Shown here in pieces: positions 48,352 through 61,498 of a stretch of 64,000 nt of DNA; position 1 is the first letter of the stretch, and every line of letters begins with the position of its first letter. The notes beneath the pieces were generated by a model. That model had not been told where the DNA came from, did not search any database, and saw nothing but the letters and a program-made list of their open reading frames with translations. The stretch comes from Mobula hypostoma. Taxonomy: Eukaryota. The position numbers and the translations under genes were made by a program. Location of the stretch: assembly GCF_963921235.1 (NCBI RefSeq), contig NC_086108.1:42534001-42598000 (forward strand), written 5' to 3'.

Positions 48352-50332
48352 GGCATACAAGGAAGCAAAAATTAGTGGGAAGACAGAGGATTGGGAAGTT
48401 TTTAAAGCCTTACAAAAGGAAACTAAGAAGGTCATTAAGAAGGAAAAGATTAACTATGAAAGGAAGCTAGCAAATAATATCAAAGAGGATACTAAAAGCT
48501 TTTTCAAGTATATAAAGAGTAAAAGACACGTGAGAGTAGATATAGGACCGATAGAAAATGATGCTGGAGAAATTGTAATGGGAGATAAGGAGATGGCAGA
48601 GGAACTGAACGTGTATTTTGCATCAGTCTTCACTGAGGAAGACATCAGCAGAATACCGGACACTCAAGGGTGGCAGGGAAGAGAAGTGTGCGCAGTCACA
48701 ATTACGACAGAGAAAGTACTTAGGAAGCTGATTAGTCTAAAGGTAGATAAACCTCCCGGACCAGATGGAATGCACCCACGTGTTCTGAAGGAAGTAGCTG
48801 TGGAAATTGCGGAGGCACTAGCGATGATCTTTCAAAAAGTGGATAGATTCTGGCATGGTTCCAGAGGACTGGAAGATTGCAGATGTCACTCTGCTATTTA
48901 AGAAGGGGGCAAGGAAGTAAAAAGGAAATTATAGACCTGTTAGCTTGACATCAGTGGTTGGGAAGTTGTTGGAGTCAATTGTCAAGGATGAGGTTACAGA
49001 GTACCTGGAGGCATATGACAAGATAGGCAGAACTCAGCATGGATTCCTTAAAGGAAAATCCTGCCTGACAAACCTATTACAATTTTTTGAGGAAATTACC
49101 AGTAGGCTAGACAAGGGAGATGCAGTGGATGTTGTGTATTTGGATTTTCAGAAGGCCTTTGACAAGGTGCTACACATGAGGCTACTTAACAAGATAAGAG
49201 CCCATGGAATTATGGGAAAGTTACATACGTGGATAGAGCATTGGCTGATTGGCAGGAAACAGAGAGTGGGAATAAAGGGATCCTATTCTGGTTGGCTGCC
49301 AGTTATCAGTGGTGTTCCACAGGGGTCCGTGTTGGGGCCGCGTCTTTTTACATTGTACATCAACAATTTGGATTATGGAATAGATGGCTTTGTGGCTAAG
49401 TTTGCTGACGATATGAAGATAGGTGGAGGGGCCAGTAGTGCAGAGGAAACGGAGAGTCTGCAGAGAGACTTGGAGACTTGGATAGATTGGAAGAATGGGC
49501 AAAGAAGTGGCAAATGAAGTACAATGTTGGAAAGTGTATGGTTATGCACTTTGGCAGAAGTAATAAATGGGCAGACTATTATTTAAATGGAGAAAAAATT
49601 CAAAGTTCTGAGATGCAACGGGACTTGGGAGTCCTTGTACAGGATACCCTTAAGGTTAACCTCCTGGTTGAGTTGGTAGTGAAGAAGGCGAGTGCAATGT
49701 TGGCATTCGTTTCTAGAGGAATAGAGTATAGGAGCAGGGATGTGATGTTGAGGCTCTATAAGGTGCTGGTGAGACCTCACTTGGAGTACTGTGGGCAGTT
49801 TTGGTCTCCTTATTTAAGAAAGGATGTGCTGATGTTGGAGAGGGTACATTCACTAGAATGATTCTGGGAATGAGAGGGTTAACATATGAGGACTATTTGT
49901 CCGTTCTTGGACTGTATTCCTTGGAGTTTAGAAGAATGAGGGGAGACCTCATAGAAACATTTCGAATGTTGAAAGGCATGGACAGAGTGGATGTGGCAAA
50001 GTTGTTTCCCGTGATGGGGGAGTCTAGTACGAAAGGGCATGACTTAAGGATTGAAGGGCGCCCATTCAGAACAGAAATGCGAAGAAATTTTTTTAGCCAG
50101 AGGGTGGTGAATCTATGGAATTTGTTGCCACAGGCGGCAGTGGAGGCAAAGTCATTGGGTGTATTTAAGGCAGAGATTGATAGGTATCTGAGTAGCCAGG
50201 GCATCAAAGGTTATGGTGAGAAGGTGGGGGAGTGGGACTAAAGAGGAGAATGGATCAGCTCATGATAAAATGGCGGAGCAGACTCGACGGGCCGAATGGC
50301 CGACTTCTGCTCCTTTGTCTTATGGTCTTAGG
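48352..50332 (+). mobile_element. CR1 LINE, 5'-truncated, frameshifted ORF2 (tether, RT, C-terminus)
   Basis: ORFs with PGPDGMHPRVLKE, QHGFLKGKSCLTNL, YLDFQKAFDKV, SGVPQGSVLGP, KFADD. 3' tail cttatggtctta. Confidence 0.95.
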
Positions 50333-51428
50333 GTCTGTGTAAGATTTATAGAGAAAAAAAACAAGAAGGTAATAATTGTTCTCATTCTTTCAATCTTATT
50401 GATACCTTAATAGGGTTATAGACTACCAAGGTTGAACAAGTGCTTGACAAAGCAATCCCTTATCTGTGTCAGTTCTCACCAATGAAGAGGAGGCTGTACT
50501 GGGAGCACAAGATGCAATAAGTTACACTGATGGACTCACAAAGAGTGTGTAGGGCCTGAATGTTCATGAGGGAGGAGGTTGTAGTTGTAGTTTCAGGTCA
50601 GAATCAGGATCAGATTTACTATCACTGGCATGTGTCGTGAAATTTGTTAACTTAGCAGCAACAGTATAATGGAATACATGATGGTATAGAAATAAAAAAA
50701 AATAAATCGGTAGAACATTTTTCCAGTCTGAAAGCGATATATTTCTTGGAGCCACCTGCTGTCAACTCTCCCATGGTGCAGCAGAAACTGATGAAACAGA
50801 TACTGCTCACATGGAGACAGAGGCCTTCCTAAGTCTTTATGCCTTGGTGGACCATCAGGCCATTCTAGTTAGAGCTCAGCTAGTTGTCCCCCTTCATCGG
50901 GCTGCTCTTATACAAGAGTAGAGAGATACTTCTTGGAAAATGATTGTTGCCAAGGGAAGCAAGTGACTTTTCTATGACAACAAATGAATAAGAACTGTGG
51001 GAACAGTTATCTTCATAAATAAGACCACAACAATAAAGGAGTTGAGTTGGATTTATTGTCCTTATCTGGTCTGCTTCAGATTTTACAGATATTTAGTTCA
51101 TTGTGTACCAAGTCCCAAATTGTTCCAATAGAACTGTAAGGCTAGAAAGAGCCATTTCTCCTCAAGTTATCTGGATCATTCCTCTAGTTTTCTGGCATTC
51201 CCCTCTTATATATCCCAGACTGCAGCCTGTCAGCATAAGACAATGCAATACCACATAGTTTTTATTATGGCTAATTGCAGTGACCCCACTGAAAGAGGTC
51301 CTTACAAAACGCTGGAAGAAGCCACAAGGGATCATTGTACAGTATAGAATTAGTAGGGCCAGCCAACCAAGATGTAAGCTATTCACTAAGGGAAAATATT
51401 ATCCCATAGTTAGAATGCTTCCTTTAGC

Positions 51429-51664
51429 ATTATTAGGTTTAGATATACGTTCATCTGAAATGTTTATGAGTAGTGTATGAGTATGAGAAAGAATAACATT
51501 GCAGACATGAAACAACTTGAAATAGCTATTTAATAGAAATGGGATTATTAGGTTTAGATATACGTTCATCTGAAATGTTTATGAGTAGTGTATGAGTATG
51601 AGAAAGAATAACATTGCAGACATGAAACAACTTGAAATAGCTATTTAATAGAAATGGGATTATT
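51429..51664. repeat. Perfect 115-bp tandem duplication
   Basis: 51429-51543 equals 51544-51658, followed by a third ATTATT (microhomology). Confidence 0.95.
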
Positions 51665-52205
51665 GCTTTTCGCTATAATACAATGAATTTGAGCCTGAAT
51701 GAAGCCATCAGATTTTCAAGAGAAATTTCATTTCAGATTAACCACATGATATTTATATATTTATACATTTTTTAGAATTATTACTGTTTGTTGAAAGAAC
51801 TTTACCACCATGCCCAAAATGCTTGAAATGTGCCACTTGCATCTTGCATCTAAACTACAAAAAGGCTTGTTTGGAATATAAGACCTAGAGAGTAATGAAA
51901 TGGAGTTCTAGAGATTAAACTAGTTGAACTGCTAGGCAGGCTGCATTATTGTGCAGAGCTGAAGCAATTAGGATAGTGTACATGCTTTCATGAGCCTGAT
52001 CACTGTTGTTCGATCTGCTTTATCTATCTAAATTCTCTTGGTCTGTAGGCATACCTTCTATCAGATATATTTATACCTTATGAGTTGGAACTGAATACAG
52101 ACTCAAATTTTAACAGTAGAAAGGAGATACCTTATACCAGCAAACAGATTGCAGCAATTTTTCCTGGTCAAGAAATTATTAATATATATTTCTTTGCATG
52201 CACAG

Positions 52206-52289
52206 GCTTGTCCTCATCATCAAATGGACAGAATTTGCAGAGAAGGAGAAGGAACACAAGTTCTTTGAATAACAAAATCATACCCTTTA
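52206..52289 (+). CDS. AKNAD1: AKNAD1/AKNA-like coding exon 17 (alternative in-frame acceptor at 52065)
   Basis: tttctttgcatgcacag|GC TTG...A|gtgagt, phase 1-1. Confidence 0.65.
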
Positions 52290-53148
52290 GTGAGTACACA
52301 AAAGAATAACGTTGTGGAAATGTCAACCCTACCAATTAGATTATGTTGTTACAGCACAAGTCTTTATTTAATATTACTGGGATTAATGATTTTTTTAACC
52401 ATAAACTACTGAATTTGAGCCATAATTAAGTGATCAATTTTTTAAAGAAATGTTTCAGGTGGATTAGCCACACGAGACCTTCAAGTGCATATGGCAGGAA
52501 TACACATAGCTCAATGTAAATGGCAAAAGGATTGTATCATCTCCTAAACTATTCATGAACCTGCCCCATCTGGAGCAGAGTTTGTGACCCCCCCATGGTG
52601 GGGGCTCCAGAACGCCAGAAGCCACAGAACTAAAGCAGAAGCACATTATCCTCAACACAAATTCGGTAATTTACAGTGGTGTATATTTAGCTAGTCTAAG
52701 TTCGGTTTGTCTTTAACTCCCAAGATCATTCTTGATAGCTGGATTGAAAAATTAATTAAAACCTTATACACATACATAATTAAATGAATCTTAGTCTTTT
52801 GGATCCATTTAAAAAGGCAATTATTTAATATAAAAATTATTTTAAACACAACTAACTGTATTTATAGCTGTTGGCCTTGCAGCTGGTATAATGATGGGAA
52901 ACTATATGATCAAAGTCAATTTAGAGCACAGATTTGATTAAGGTACACCTAGCTGATACCTTTTACATTAACAAATCCAAGTACCATGAAAAATATTGAA
53001 AAAATAAACCTTTAAAAGATTAAAAATAAATAAATATTCAATATTAGAGTCAGATATTTAGAGCACATCTATTGAAATTATTATTTGAACAATATTGAGA
53101 TTATTTAGAAGTACAAATGGAGATATCATCTTTATATTTATTACACAG

Positions 53149-53266
53149 AACACTTCTCCGAGAGTTCCTCACGACAAAGTAGGAGTAATTGCACTTCTAG
53201 TGACAGTATTTCATCTACTGCAGCAAATGAATATTCTGAAATGTTAAAATCTATTTCGCCAGTAAG
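53149..53266 (+). CDS. AKNAD1: AKNAD1/AKNA-like coding exon 18
   Basis: ttattacacag|...AG|gtgagt, phase 1-2, Ser-rich open frame. Confidence 0.8.
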
Positions 53267-53503
53267 GTGAGTGTATTTTTGTAAGTTATAGTATTGTTTT
53301 GTCTTTTATGTACTGCTGCCACAAAAAAACAAATTTCACATTAAATAAGACAGTGATAATACATCTGATTCTGACTCTGTCATAGGTTAATGCATAAACA
53401 ATATGAATAGCTTTATTTTCATTAACAATCTAGTTGACCAATATAATTTTCTCAATGAGCAGACTATTATAAACTTTACAAATTGAATTTACCTTTCTTG
53501 CAG

Positions 53504-53663
53504 ATCTACCATTGATTATTCACCAATGTCAAGGGTTTCTAAAAATTACTATGTACCATCATATGAAATAATCAAAAAAGGATTACAGTGTTTACCAAAC
53601 CAAAACTATAGCACTAAGTATTTTTGGAGAAATTGCACTGATAAAAGCATCAGTATTCCAGAG
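53504..53663 (+). CDS. AKNAD1: AKNAD1/AKNA-like coding exon 19
   Basis: cctttcttgcag|...GAG|gtaagt, phase 2-0. Confidence 0.8.
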
Positions 53664-53749
53664 GTAAGTAATGTACTACTACTGTATAGGGTCCATGACC
53701 TCGCTGTTGCATTGCATCACATAGAGATTGTCATCTCCTGAGTAAATAC

Positions 53750-54905
53750 AGATGCAAATAATCCATTTACGATCTCCCCCATCTCTTTCAGTTCCACACA
53801 TAGATTACCACTCTGATCTTCCAGAGGACCAATTTTGTCCCTTGCTATCCTTTGGCATTTAATGTATCTGAAAGAGCTCTTAGGACTCTACTTCCCCTTG
53901 CCTGTGAGAGGAACTCGTGTCTTGGTTTAGACTTCCTGATTTCCTTCTTAAATGTTCTCTTGCATTTATTATGCTCCTCAAGTACCTCATTTGTTCCTGC
54001 CTGCCTATACCTGCTATACACCTCCTTCAATTTCTTAACAAGGCCTCAATATCTCTTGCAAAGCAAGGTTCCGTAAAACTGTTATCCTTGCCTTTTATTC
54101 TGACAGGTACATACAAACTCTGTATTCTTAAAATTTCACTTTTGAAGGCCTCCCAGTTACCAAGTACACCTTTGCCAGAAAAAAATCCACACTTGCCAGA
54201 TGATTTCTAATACCATTAAAATTGGCCTTTCTCCAATTTAGAATTTCAACCTGAGAACTAGACCTGTCCTTTTCCATAATTACCTTGAAACAAGTGACGT
54301 TATAATCACTAGATGCAAGGTTTTCCCCTACACAAACCTCTGTCACCTGCCCTGTTTCATTCCCTAATAGGAGATCTAGAATCACACTCTCTCTAGTTGG
54401 GTCCTCTAGGTACTGATTAAGGAAACTTTTCTGAACACATTTGACAAACTTTTTCCAATTCAGCCTTCTTACAATACGGGAGTCCCAGTCAATATGTGGA
54501 AAGTTAAAATCACCTACTATCAGAACGATGTGTTTCTTCCAACAGTCTGTGACCTCTCTTTGAACTTGCTCCTCTAAATCTTCTTGACTGCTGGGTGGTC
54601 TATAATATAAACCCATTAATATGCCCTGACTGAGTACTTCTGTGCCATTTTCCTGTCTAGTAATGCCATCCCTCCCGCTCACTCATACCTAAAACAACGG
54701 AACTCCGGAACATTGAACTCCAGTCCTGCTCCTTCTGCATCCAAGTCTCACTAATGGCTACATTGTCATAATTTCACTTGCTGATCCATGCCCTAAGCTC
54801 ATCCGCCTTCCCTACAATACATTGGCATATATGCAGCTCAGAACATTAGTGCTGCTATGCTCAACCTTTTGATTCCTGACCTTGTATGTAGGCTTAACCA
54901 CATCA
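53750..54905 (-). mobile_element. CR1 LINE endonuclease-region fragment
   Basis: ORF 54128-54682 GLYYRPP...IVGDFNFPHIDW...PTRESVILDLLL...SSDYN (APE endonuclease). Confidence 0.9.
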
Positions 54906-54911
54906 TGTGTT

Positions 54912-55548
54912 TAGAACATAGAAGTCTACAGCACATTACAGACCCTTTGGCCCACAATGTTGTGCCAACCATGTAACCTACTCTAGAAACTGCCTAGGAT
55001 TTCTCTACTGCATAGCCCTCTATTTTTCTAAGCTCCATGTACCTATCTAAAAGTCACTTAAAAGACCCAATTGTAACTACCTCCAGCACTAGCAGTGCAT
55101 TTCACGCACCCACCATTCTCAGTGTGAAAAACTTACCCTTGACATCCCCTCTGTACCTACTTCCAAGCACCTTAAAACTATGCCCCTTCATGTTATCCAT
55201 TTCAGCCCTGGGAAAAAGCCTCTGGTTATCCACATGTTCAGTGCCTGTCATCATCTTATACACCTCTATCAGGTCACCTCTCATCCTCTGTCGCTCCAAG
55301 GAGAAAAGGCCAAGTTCACTCAACCTATTCTCATAAGGCACGCTCTCTAATCCAGGCAACATCCTTGTAAGTTTCCTCTGCACTCTCAATAGTAAACACA
55401 TCCTTCCTGTAGTGAGGCGACCAGAACTGAGCACAGTACTCCAAATGGGGTCTGACCGAGGTTTTGTATAGCTGTGACATAACCTCACGGCTCTTGAGCT
55501 CAATCCCATGGTTGATGAATGCCAATACACCATATGCCTTCTTAACAA
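54912..55548 (-). mobile_element. CR1 LINE 3' fragment
   Basis: ORFs LYKTSVRPHLEYCAQFWSPHYRKD and MLPGLESVPYENRLSELGLFSLE. Confidence 0.9.
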
Positions 55549-56907
55549 CATCTATATATGTTTAATGATCCATTTGAAGAAACCTTGTTTCTGTAAAGAT
55601 ATCAGGCTTCCACTCTAATATTTGTGCTATTTCTTTGTGGCTGGACTCGTTTGCACGAGTGTTCCTTTCAGTTTTGCTGTAACTTCCTTGCTTGTTTCTC
55701 ATTGTCTTTCATACCACATTTCAACAGTCATCTGCTATGAGCAACAACCAGAGGGTTCCTCAAGCAGAATTTCAGTGGCATTACACTCCATTGATAGAAT
55801 AGCATGTATATGTTTTATACTTCCAGCATTTTATATTCAAGCAAAATTTTTGAGTACCTCTTGGCAACCACCTTTGAAAGGAACAGCTCACTTGTCATCC
55901 CTCAATGACCCAATTAGCTCCCAGAGGCCAGTTCCCCGATTAGTCTCCGAGTCATATCTCTCAATTAGCGTGTTATTGGCATTGTTATTACTACCTAAAC
56001 TCTACTGATGTGAACAGTTGCCTAGGTAATTGACTTGGGTTGTGTACTAGTTCTGTTATTTACCATTGACTTGGACTTGAGAGTCCTAATCAGTGTCACA
56101 CTGTACATAACTAAATAACCCAGTAAATGTCAATATGTTTTTTGCTTCAAGCTCTTATGGTAATATGTTGTATATTCTTACCATCTTTGGGTGAAGAAGT
56201 TTTCTTTATTTGATTTCTAGTGGCTATCTTATCATTATGTCGAGTGATAAATATGGCTCATGGATGGAACGTTTTCCTTACACTTACCTTGCTAAACCCT
56301 TTCATTAGCTTAAATGCTAAAGTTAATTCCTTTATTTTCTCCTTTCTATAGAAAAGGTCCCTCCCTCTTCCATGATAAATTAATCTCAGTTTTGATAACA
56401 TCCTTTTGAATATTCTTTGTACCATCTCCTATGCCGTTATGTCCTTTCATTACTAAGTGGATCAGAACTATCCAGTACTCAACTGTGCTCTAACCAAAGT
56501 TTAATACAATCTCAATGTACATATGTGCTACTCAATAGCATCTCTCTAGAAATGAACCACATAACTTGGGTTGTTTTAATTAAGACTTTAGTATCCAGTG
56601 CCATTACTTATAGTGATTATTATCATTCGTATCTGAAAATTTGCTCCTTTGCACCCTTTGAACTCCAGTTATCTGGCAGCCTTATTCTAACCATCAAAAT
56701 GCATCATACATTTCTCTATACTTAACTTCATTTGCTAAAAATACAACCACGTTGCCAGCTTATTTAAGACTAGTATTTTGTCACCTTCTTCCTTTGTATC
56801 AAATTAATAGTAGACTCAACTAGATCACAATCTTGATATACTAAAGAGAGAAACAAGTAGTGAATTGGATGGCCTAGCTTCATTCTGCAGATTCTTTCTT
56901 GCATTGC

Positions 56908-57020
56908 AACGCACAAAATGCAGGTCGGGCAGCATCTATGGAAACAAATAAACAGTCAATGTTTTGGTCTGAGACCCTTCTTCAGGACTGAAGAAAGGTC
57001 TTGGCCCGAGGTGTCGACTA
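56908..57020. mobile_element. pLTR-derived fragment with two back-to-back decayed hammerhead motifs
   Basis: Minus strand cagtcctgaagaagggtctcagaccaaaacattgactg abuts plus strand ctgaagaaaggtcttggcccgaggtgtcgact. Confidence 0.7.
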
Positions 57021-57189
57021 TTAAAGTTGTAAGTTGGAAATAGACATGGATCCAGCTCATTGCTATCTCCCTCTCCTTTCCTTCTGGATGTAGCACTACA
57101 TGCTGAGCTCACAATCAATTGCTGATTGAGTCATACCTTTCACTCTCAATGTGACAACATAGCCTGTAAACATAACTCTTGGCTTGATC

Positions 57190-60100
57190 ACGAGAGGGAA
57201 AGCAGCCAGAAGTTGTGATACATGTTGGTACCAACGACATAGGCAGGAAGAGGGATGAGGTCCTGAAGTGTGAGTTTCAGGAACTAGGCAGAAGGCTGAA
57301 GAACAGGACCTCAAGGGTGGCGTTCTCAGGATTGCTGCCAGTGCTACGTGATAGTGATGGTAAGAGTTGGAGGAGATGGCAGTTGAATGCGTGGCTGAGG
57401 AGTTGGTGCAGGGAGCAGGGTTTTAGATGTTTGGATCATTGGGATCTCTTCTGGGGAAGGTGGGACCTGTACAGATTGGATGGGTTGCACCTGAGCCCGA
57501 GGGGGAGCAATATCCTTGCAGGTAGGTTTGTTAGCATGGTTTGGGAGGGTTTAAACTAATTTGCAAGGGGGATGGGACCCGGAGCGATAAAGCAGTGAAA
57601 GAAGTGCATGGAGTAAAGCCAGATCTAACATATAGAGAGGCTTTGAGGAAAGAGAAGCAGAATAAACGGTGTAAAGGTAGTAAGGTAGAAGGGCTGAAAT
57701 GTGTGTACCTCAATGCAAGAAGCATCAGGAACAAAGGTGAAGAACTGAGAGCTTGGATACATACATGGAATTATGATGTAGCGGCCATTACAGAGAATTG
57801 GCTGGCACCAGGGCAGGAACGGATTCTCAATATTCCTGGATTTCAGTGCTTTAAAAGGGATAGAGAGGGGGGAAAAGGGGAGGAGGGGTGGCATTACTGG
57901 TCTGGGATACTATTACAGCTACAGAAATGGTGGATAATGTAGCAGGATCCTCAACAAAGTCAGTATGCATGGAAATCAGGAACAGGAAGGGAGCAGTTAC
58001 TCTATTGGGGGAATTCTATAGGCCCCTTGGTAGCAGTAGAGATACAGAAGAGCAGATTGGGAGGCAGATTTTGGAAAGGTGCAGAAATAACAGGGTAGTT
58101 ATCATGGGTGACTTTAACTTCCCCAATATTGATTGGCACCTGATTAGTTCCAAGGGTTGGATGGGGCAGAGTTTGTTAAGTGGGTTCAGGACGGATTCTT
58201 GTCACAGTATGTGGACAGGCCAACTAGGGGGAAAGCCATACTAGATCTAATACTAGGTAATGAACGGGGTCAGGTCACAGATCTCTCAGTGGGTGAGCAT
58301 CTGGGGGACAGTGACCACCACTCCCTGGCATTTAGCATTATCATGGAAAAGGATAGAATCAGAGAGACAGGAAAATTTTTAATTGGGGAAGGGCAAATAT
58401 GTGAGAAAAGCAAGAAGGGGGCATGAGAAGGCCTTGACGAGTAGGGTAAAGGAAAACCCCAAGGCATTCTTCAATTATGTGAAGAACAAAAGGATGACAG
58501 GAGTGAAGGTAGGACCGATTAGAGATAAAGGTGGGAAGATGTGCCTGGAGGCTGCGGAAGTGAGCGAGGTCTTCAATAAATACTTCTCTTTGGTATTCAC
58601 CAATGAGAGGGAACTTGACGATGGTGAGGACAATATGAGTGAGGTTGATGTTCTGGAGCATGTTGATATTAAGGGAGAGGAGGTGTTGGAGTTGTTAAAA
58701 TACATTAGGATGGATAAACCCCCAGGGCCTGACAGAATATTCCCCAGGCTGCTCCATGAGGCGAGGGAAGAGATTGCTGAGCCTCTGACTAGGATCTTTA
58801 TGTCCTTGTTGTCCACGGGAATGATACTGGAGGATTGGAGGGAGGCCAATGTTGTTCCCTCGTTCAAAAAAGGTTGTAGGGATAGTCCGGGTAACTATAG
58901 ACCAGTGAGCCTTACGTCTGTGGTGGGAAAGCTGTTGGAAAAGATTCTTAGAGATGGGTCTATGGGCATTTAGAGAATCATGGTCTAATCAGGGACAGTC
59001 AGCATGGCTTTGTGAAGGGCAGATTGTGTCTAACAAGCCTGATACAGTTCTTTGAGGAGGTGACCAGGCATATAGATGAGGGTAGTGAAGTGGATGTGAT
59101 CTATATGGATTTTAGTAAGGCAGTTGACAAGGTTCCACACGATAGGCTTATTCAGAAAGTCAGAAGGCATGGGATCCAGGGAGTTTGGCCAGGTGGATTC
59201 AGAATTGGCTTGCCTGTAGAAGGCAGAGGGTCGTGATGGAGGGAGTGCATTCAGATTGGAGGATTGTGACTAGTGGTGTCCCACAAGGATCTGTTCTGGG
59301 ACCTCTACTTTTCGTGATTTTTATTAACAACCTGGATGTGGGGGTAGAAGGGTGGGTTGGCAAGTTTGCAGACGACACAAAAGTTGGTGGTGTTGTAGAT
59401 AGTGTAGAGGATTGTGGAAGATTGCAGAGGGACATTGATAGGATGCAGAAGTGTGCTGAGAAGTGGCAGATGGAGTTCAACATGGAGAAGTGTGAGGTGG
59501 TACACTTTGTAAGGACAATCTCCAAGGCAGAGTACAAAGTAAATGGCAGGATACTTCGTAGTGTGGAGGAGCAGAGGGATCTGGGGGTACATGTCCACAG
59601 ATCCCTGAAAGTTGCCTCACAGGTAGATAGGGTAGTTAAGAAAGCTTATGGGGTGTTAGCTTTCATAAATCGAGGGATAGAGTTTAAGAGTCGCTACGTA
59701 ATGATGCAGCTCTATAAAACTCTGGTTAGGCCACACTTGGAGTACTGTGTCCAGTTCTGGTTGCCTCACTATAGATAGGAAGGATGTGGAAGCATTGGAA
59801 AGGGTACAGAGGAGATTTACCAGGATGCTGCCTGGCTTAGAGAGTATGCATTATGATCAGAGATTAAGGGAGCTAGTGCTTTACTCTTTGGAGAGAAGGA
59901 GATGAGAGGAGACATGATAGAGGTGTACAAGATAATGAGAGGAATAGATAGAGTGGATAGCCAGCGCCTCTTCCCCAGGGCACCACTGCTCAATACAAGA
60001 GGACATGGCTTTAAGGTAAGGGGTGGGAAGTTCAAGAGGGATATTAGAGGAAGGTTTTTTACTCAGAGAGTGGTTGGTGCGTGGACTGCACTGCCTGAGT

Positions 60101-60258
60101 CAGTGGTGGAGGCAGATACACTAGTGAAATTTAAGAGACTACTAGACAGGTATATGGAGGAATTTAAGGTGGGAGGTTATATGGGAGGCAGGGTTTGAGG
60201 GTCGGCGCAACATTGTGGGCCGAAGGGCCTGTAATGTGCTGTACTATTCTATGTTCTA
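57190..60258 (+). mobile_element. Near full-length CR1 LINE: ORF1 SGNH esterase domain, ORF2 endonuclease and RT (frameshifted, internal deletion at about 58400)
   Basis: HVGTNDIG...DGLHL (esterase); YLNARSIRNK, GDFNFP, SDHH (APE); PGPD, DFSKAVDKV, GVPQGSVLGP, KFADD (RT); ttctatg tail. Confidence 0.95.
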
Positions 60259-60412
60259 TCACTTGCTCCAGAACTTTTATTTTCTCATTTAACTTGCTTA
60301 TTACCACATAAAAGGAATCCATGTTGAAAATTTTAGGTACATGCTTAATTTCTAAATTCAGAAATTTATTTGAAATTTCAGTTCTTTAATTGGCAGTCTT
60401 TTCTTTATCCAG

Positions 60413-60550
60413 ATTTCACATCTGAACACAAATCTGGACAGAGCAATCGAGGCTGCGCGTAAGATGAAGAAAACAACCAGGAGAATGGTTAACATTTTGT
60501 CTGCTGACTTGGCCAGGACTGAGCACTATAAATATTTGTATGATTTTTAG
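60413..60550 (+). CDS. AKNAD1: AKNAD1/AKNA-like last coding exon 20 (ISHLNTNLDRAIEAARKMKKTTRRMVNILSADLARTEHYKYLYDF*)
   Basis: tcttttctttatccag|, phase 0, TAG stop. Matches the family C-terminal helix (AKNAD1 LNSALDHALRTATILKETTDQMIKTIAEDLAK). Confidence 0.9.
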   Translation: MSHLNTNLDRAIEAARKMKKTTRRMVNILSADLARTEHYKYLYDF

Positions 60551-60822
60551 TATTTTCTTTGTAGTGCAGACTTTCCTTGTGCAATGATGTGCAATATTAT
60601 GTATCAAAATCTTGTAATATATAGAGTAAGAATATATCACCTTGATGAAATAATTTTCAGTATTCAAGGCTATTATGCAATTTTGGACTTTTTCCATTAT
60701 TGTTTCAGTGATTTCTGATAATCATATAAATACTAATATGCATCTACTTGTGCCTGGGTCTCTATAGCATTGGTAACTAGAGAAGGCACTACAACTAGAC
60801 TTTGGGAGAGTTGTTGTAATTA

Positions 60823-61498
60823 CCATAGACAATAGGTGCAGGAGTAGGCCATTCGGCCCTTCGAGCCAGCATCGCCATTCACTGTGATCATGGCTGATCA
60901 TCCACAATCAGTATCCAGTTCCTGCCTGATCCCCATAACCTTTGATTCTGCTATCTTTAAGAGCTCAATCCATCTCTTTCTTGAAAGCATCCAGAGACTT
61001 GGTCTCCACAGCCTTCTGGGGCAGAGCATTCCATATATCCACCACTCTCTGGGTGAAAAAGTTTTTCCTCAACTCTGTTCTAAATGGCCTACCCCTTATT
61101 CTTAAACTGTGGGCCTCTGGTTCTGGACTCACCCATCAGCGGGAACATACTTCCTGCCTCCAGCGTGTCCAATCCCTTAATAATCTTAACTATTTCAATC
61201 AGATCCCCTCTCAGGCTTCTAAGTTTCAGAGCATACAAGCCCAGTCGCTCCAATCTTTCGACATATGACAGTCCCGCCAACCCAGGAATTAACCTTGTGA
61301 ACCTATGCTTCAACCTCGTGAACCTTGTGAACCTCAATAGCAAGAATGTCCTTCCTCAAATTTGGAGACCAAAACTGCACACAGTACTCCAGGCCTGGTC
61401 TCACCAGGGCTCTGTACAGCTGCAGAAGGACCTCTTTGCTACTATACTCAATTCCCCTTGTTATGAAGGTCAGCATGCCATTAGCTTTCTTCACTGCC
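60823..61498 (-). mobile_element. CR1 LINE 3' fragment just downstream of the AKNAD1 stop
   Basis: ORFs AVKKANGML.FI.RGIEY...FWSPNLRKD and RFTRLIPGLAGLSYVERLERLGLY. Confidence 0.9.
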
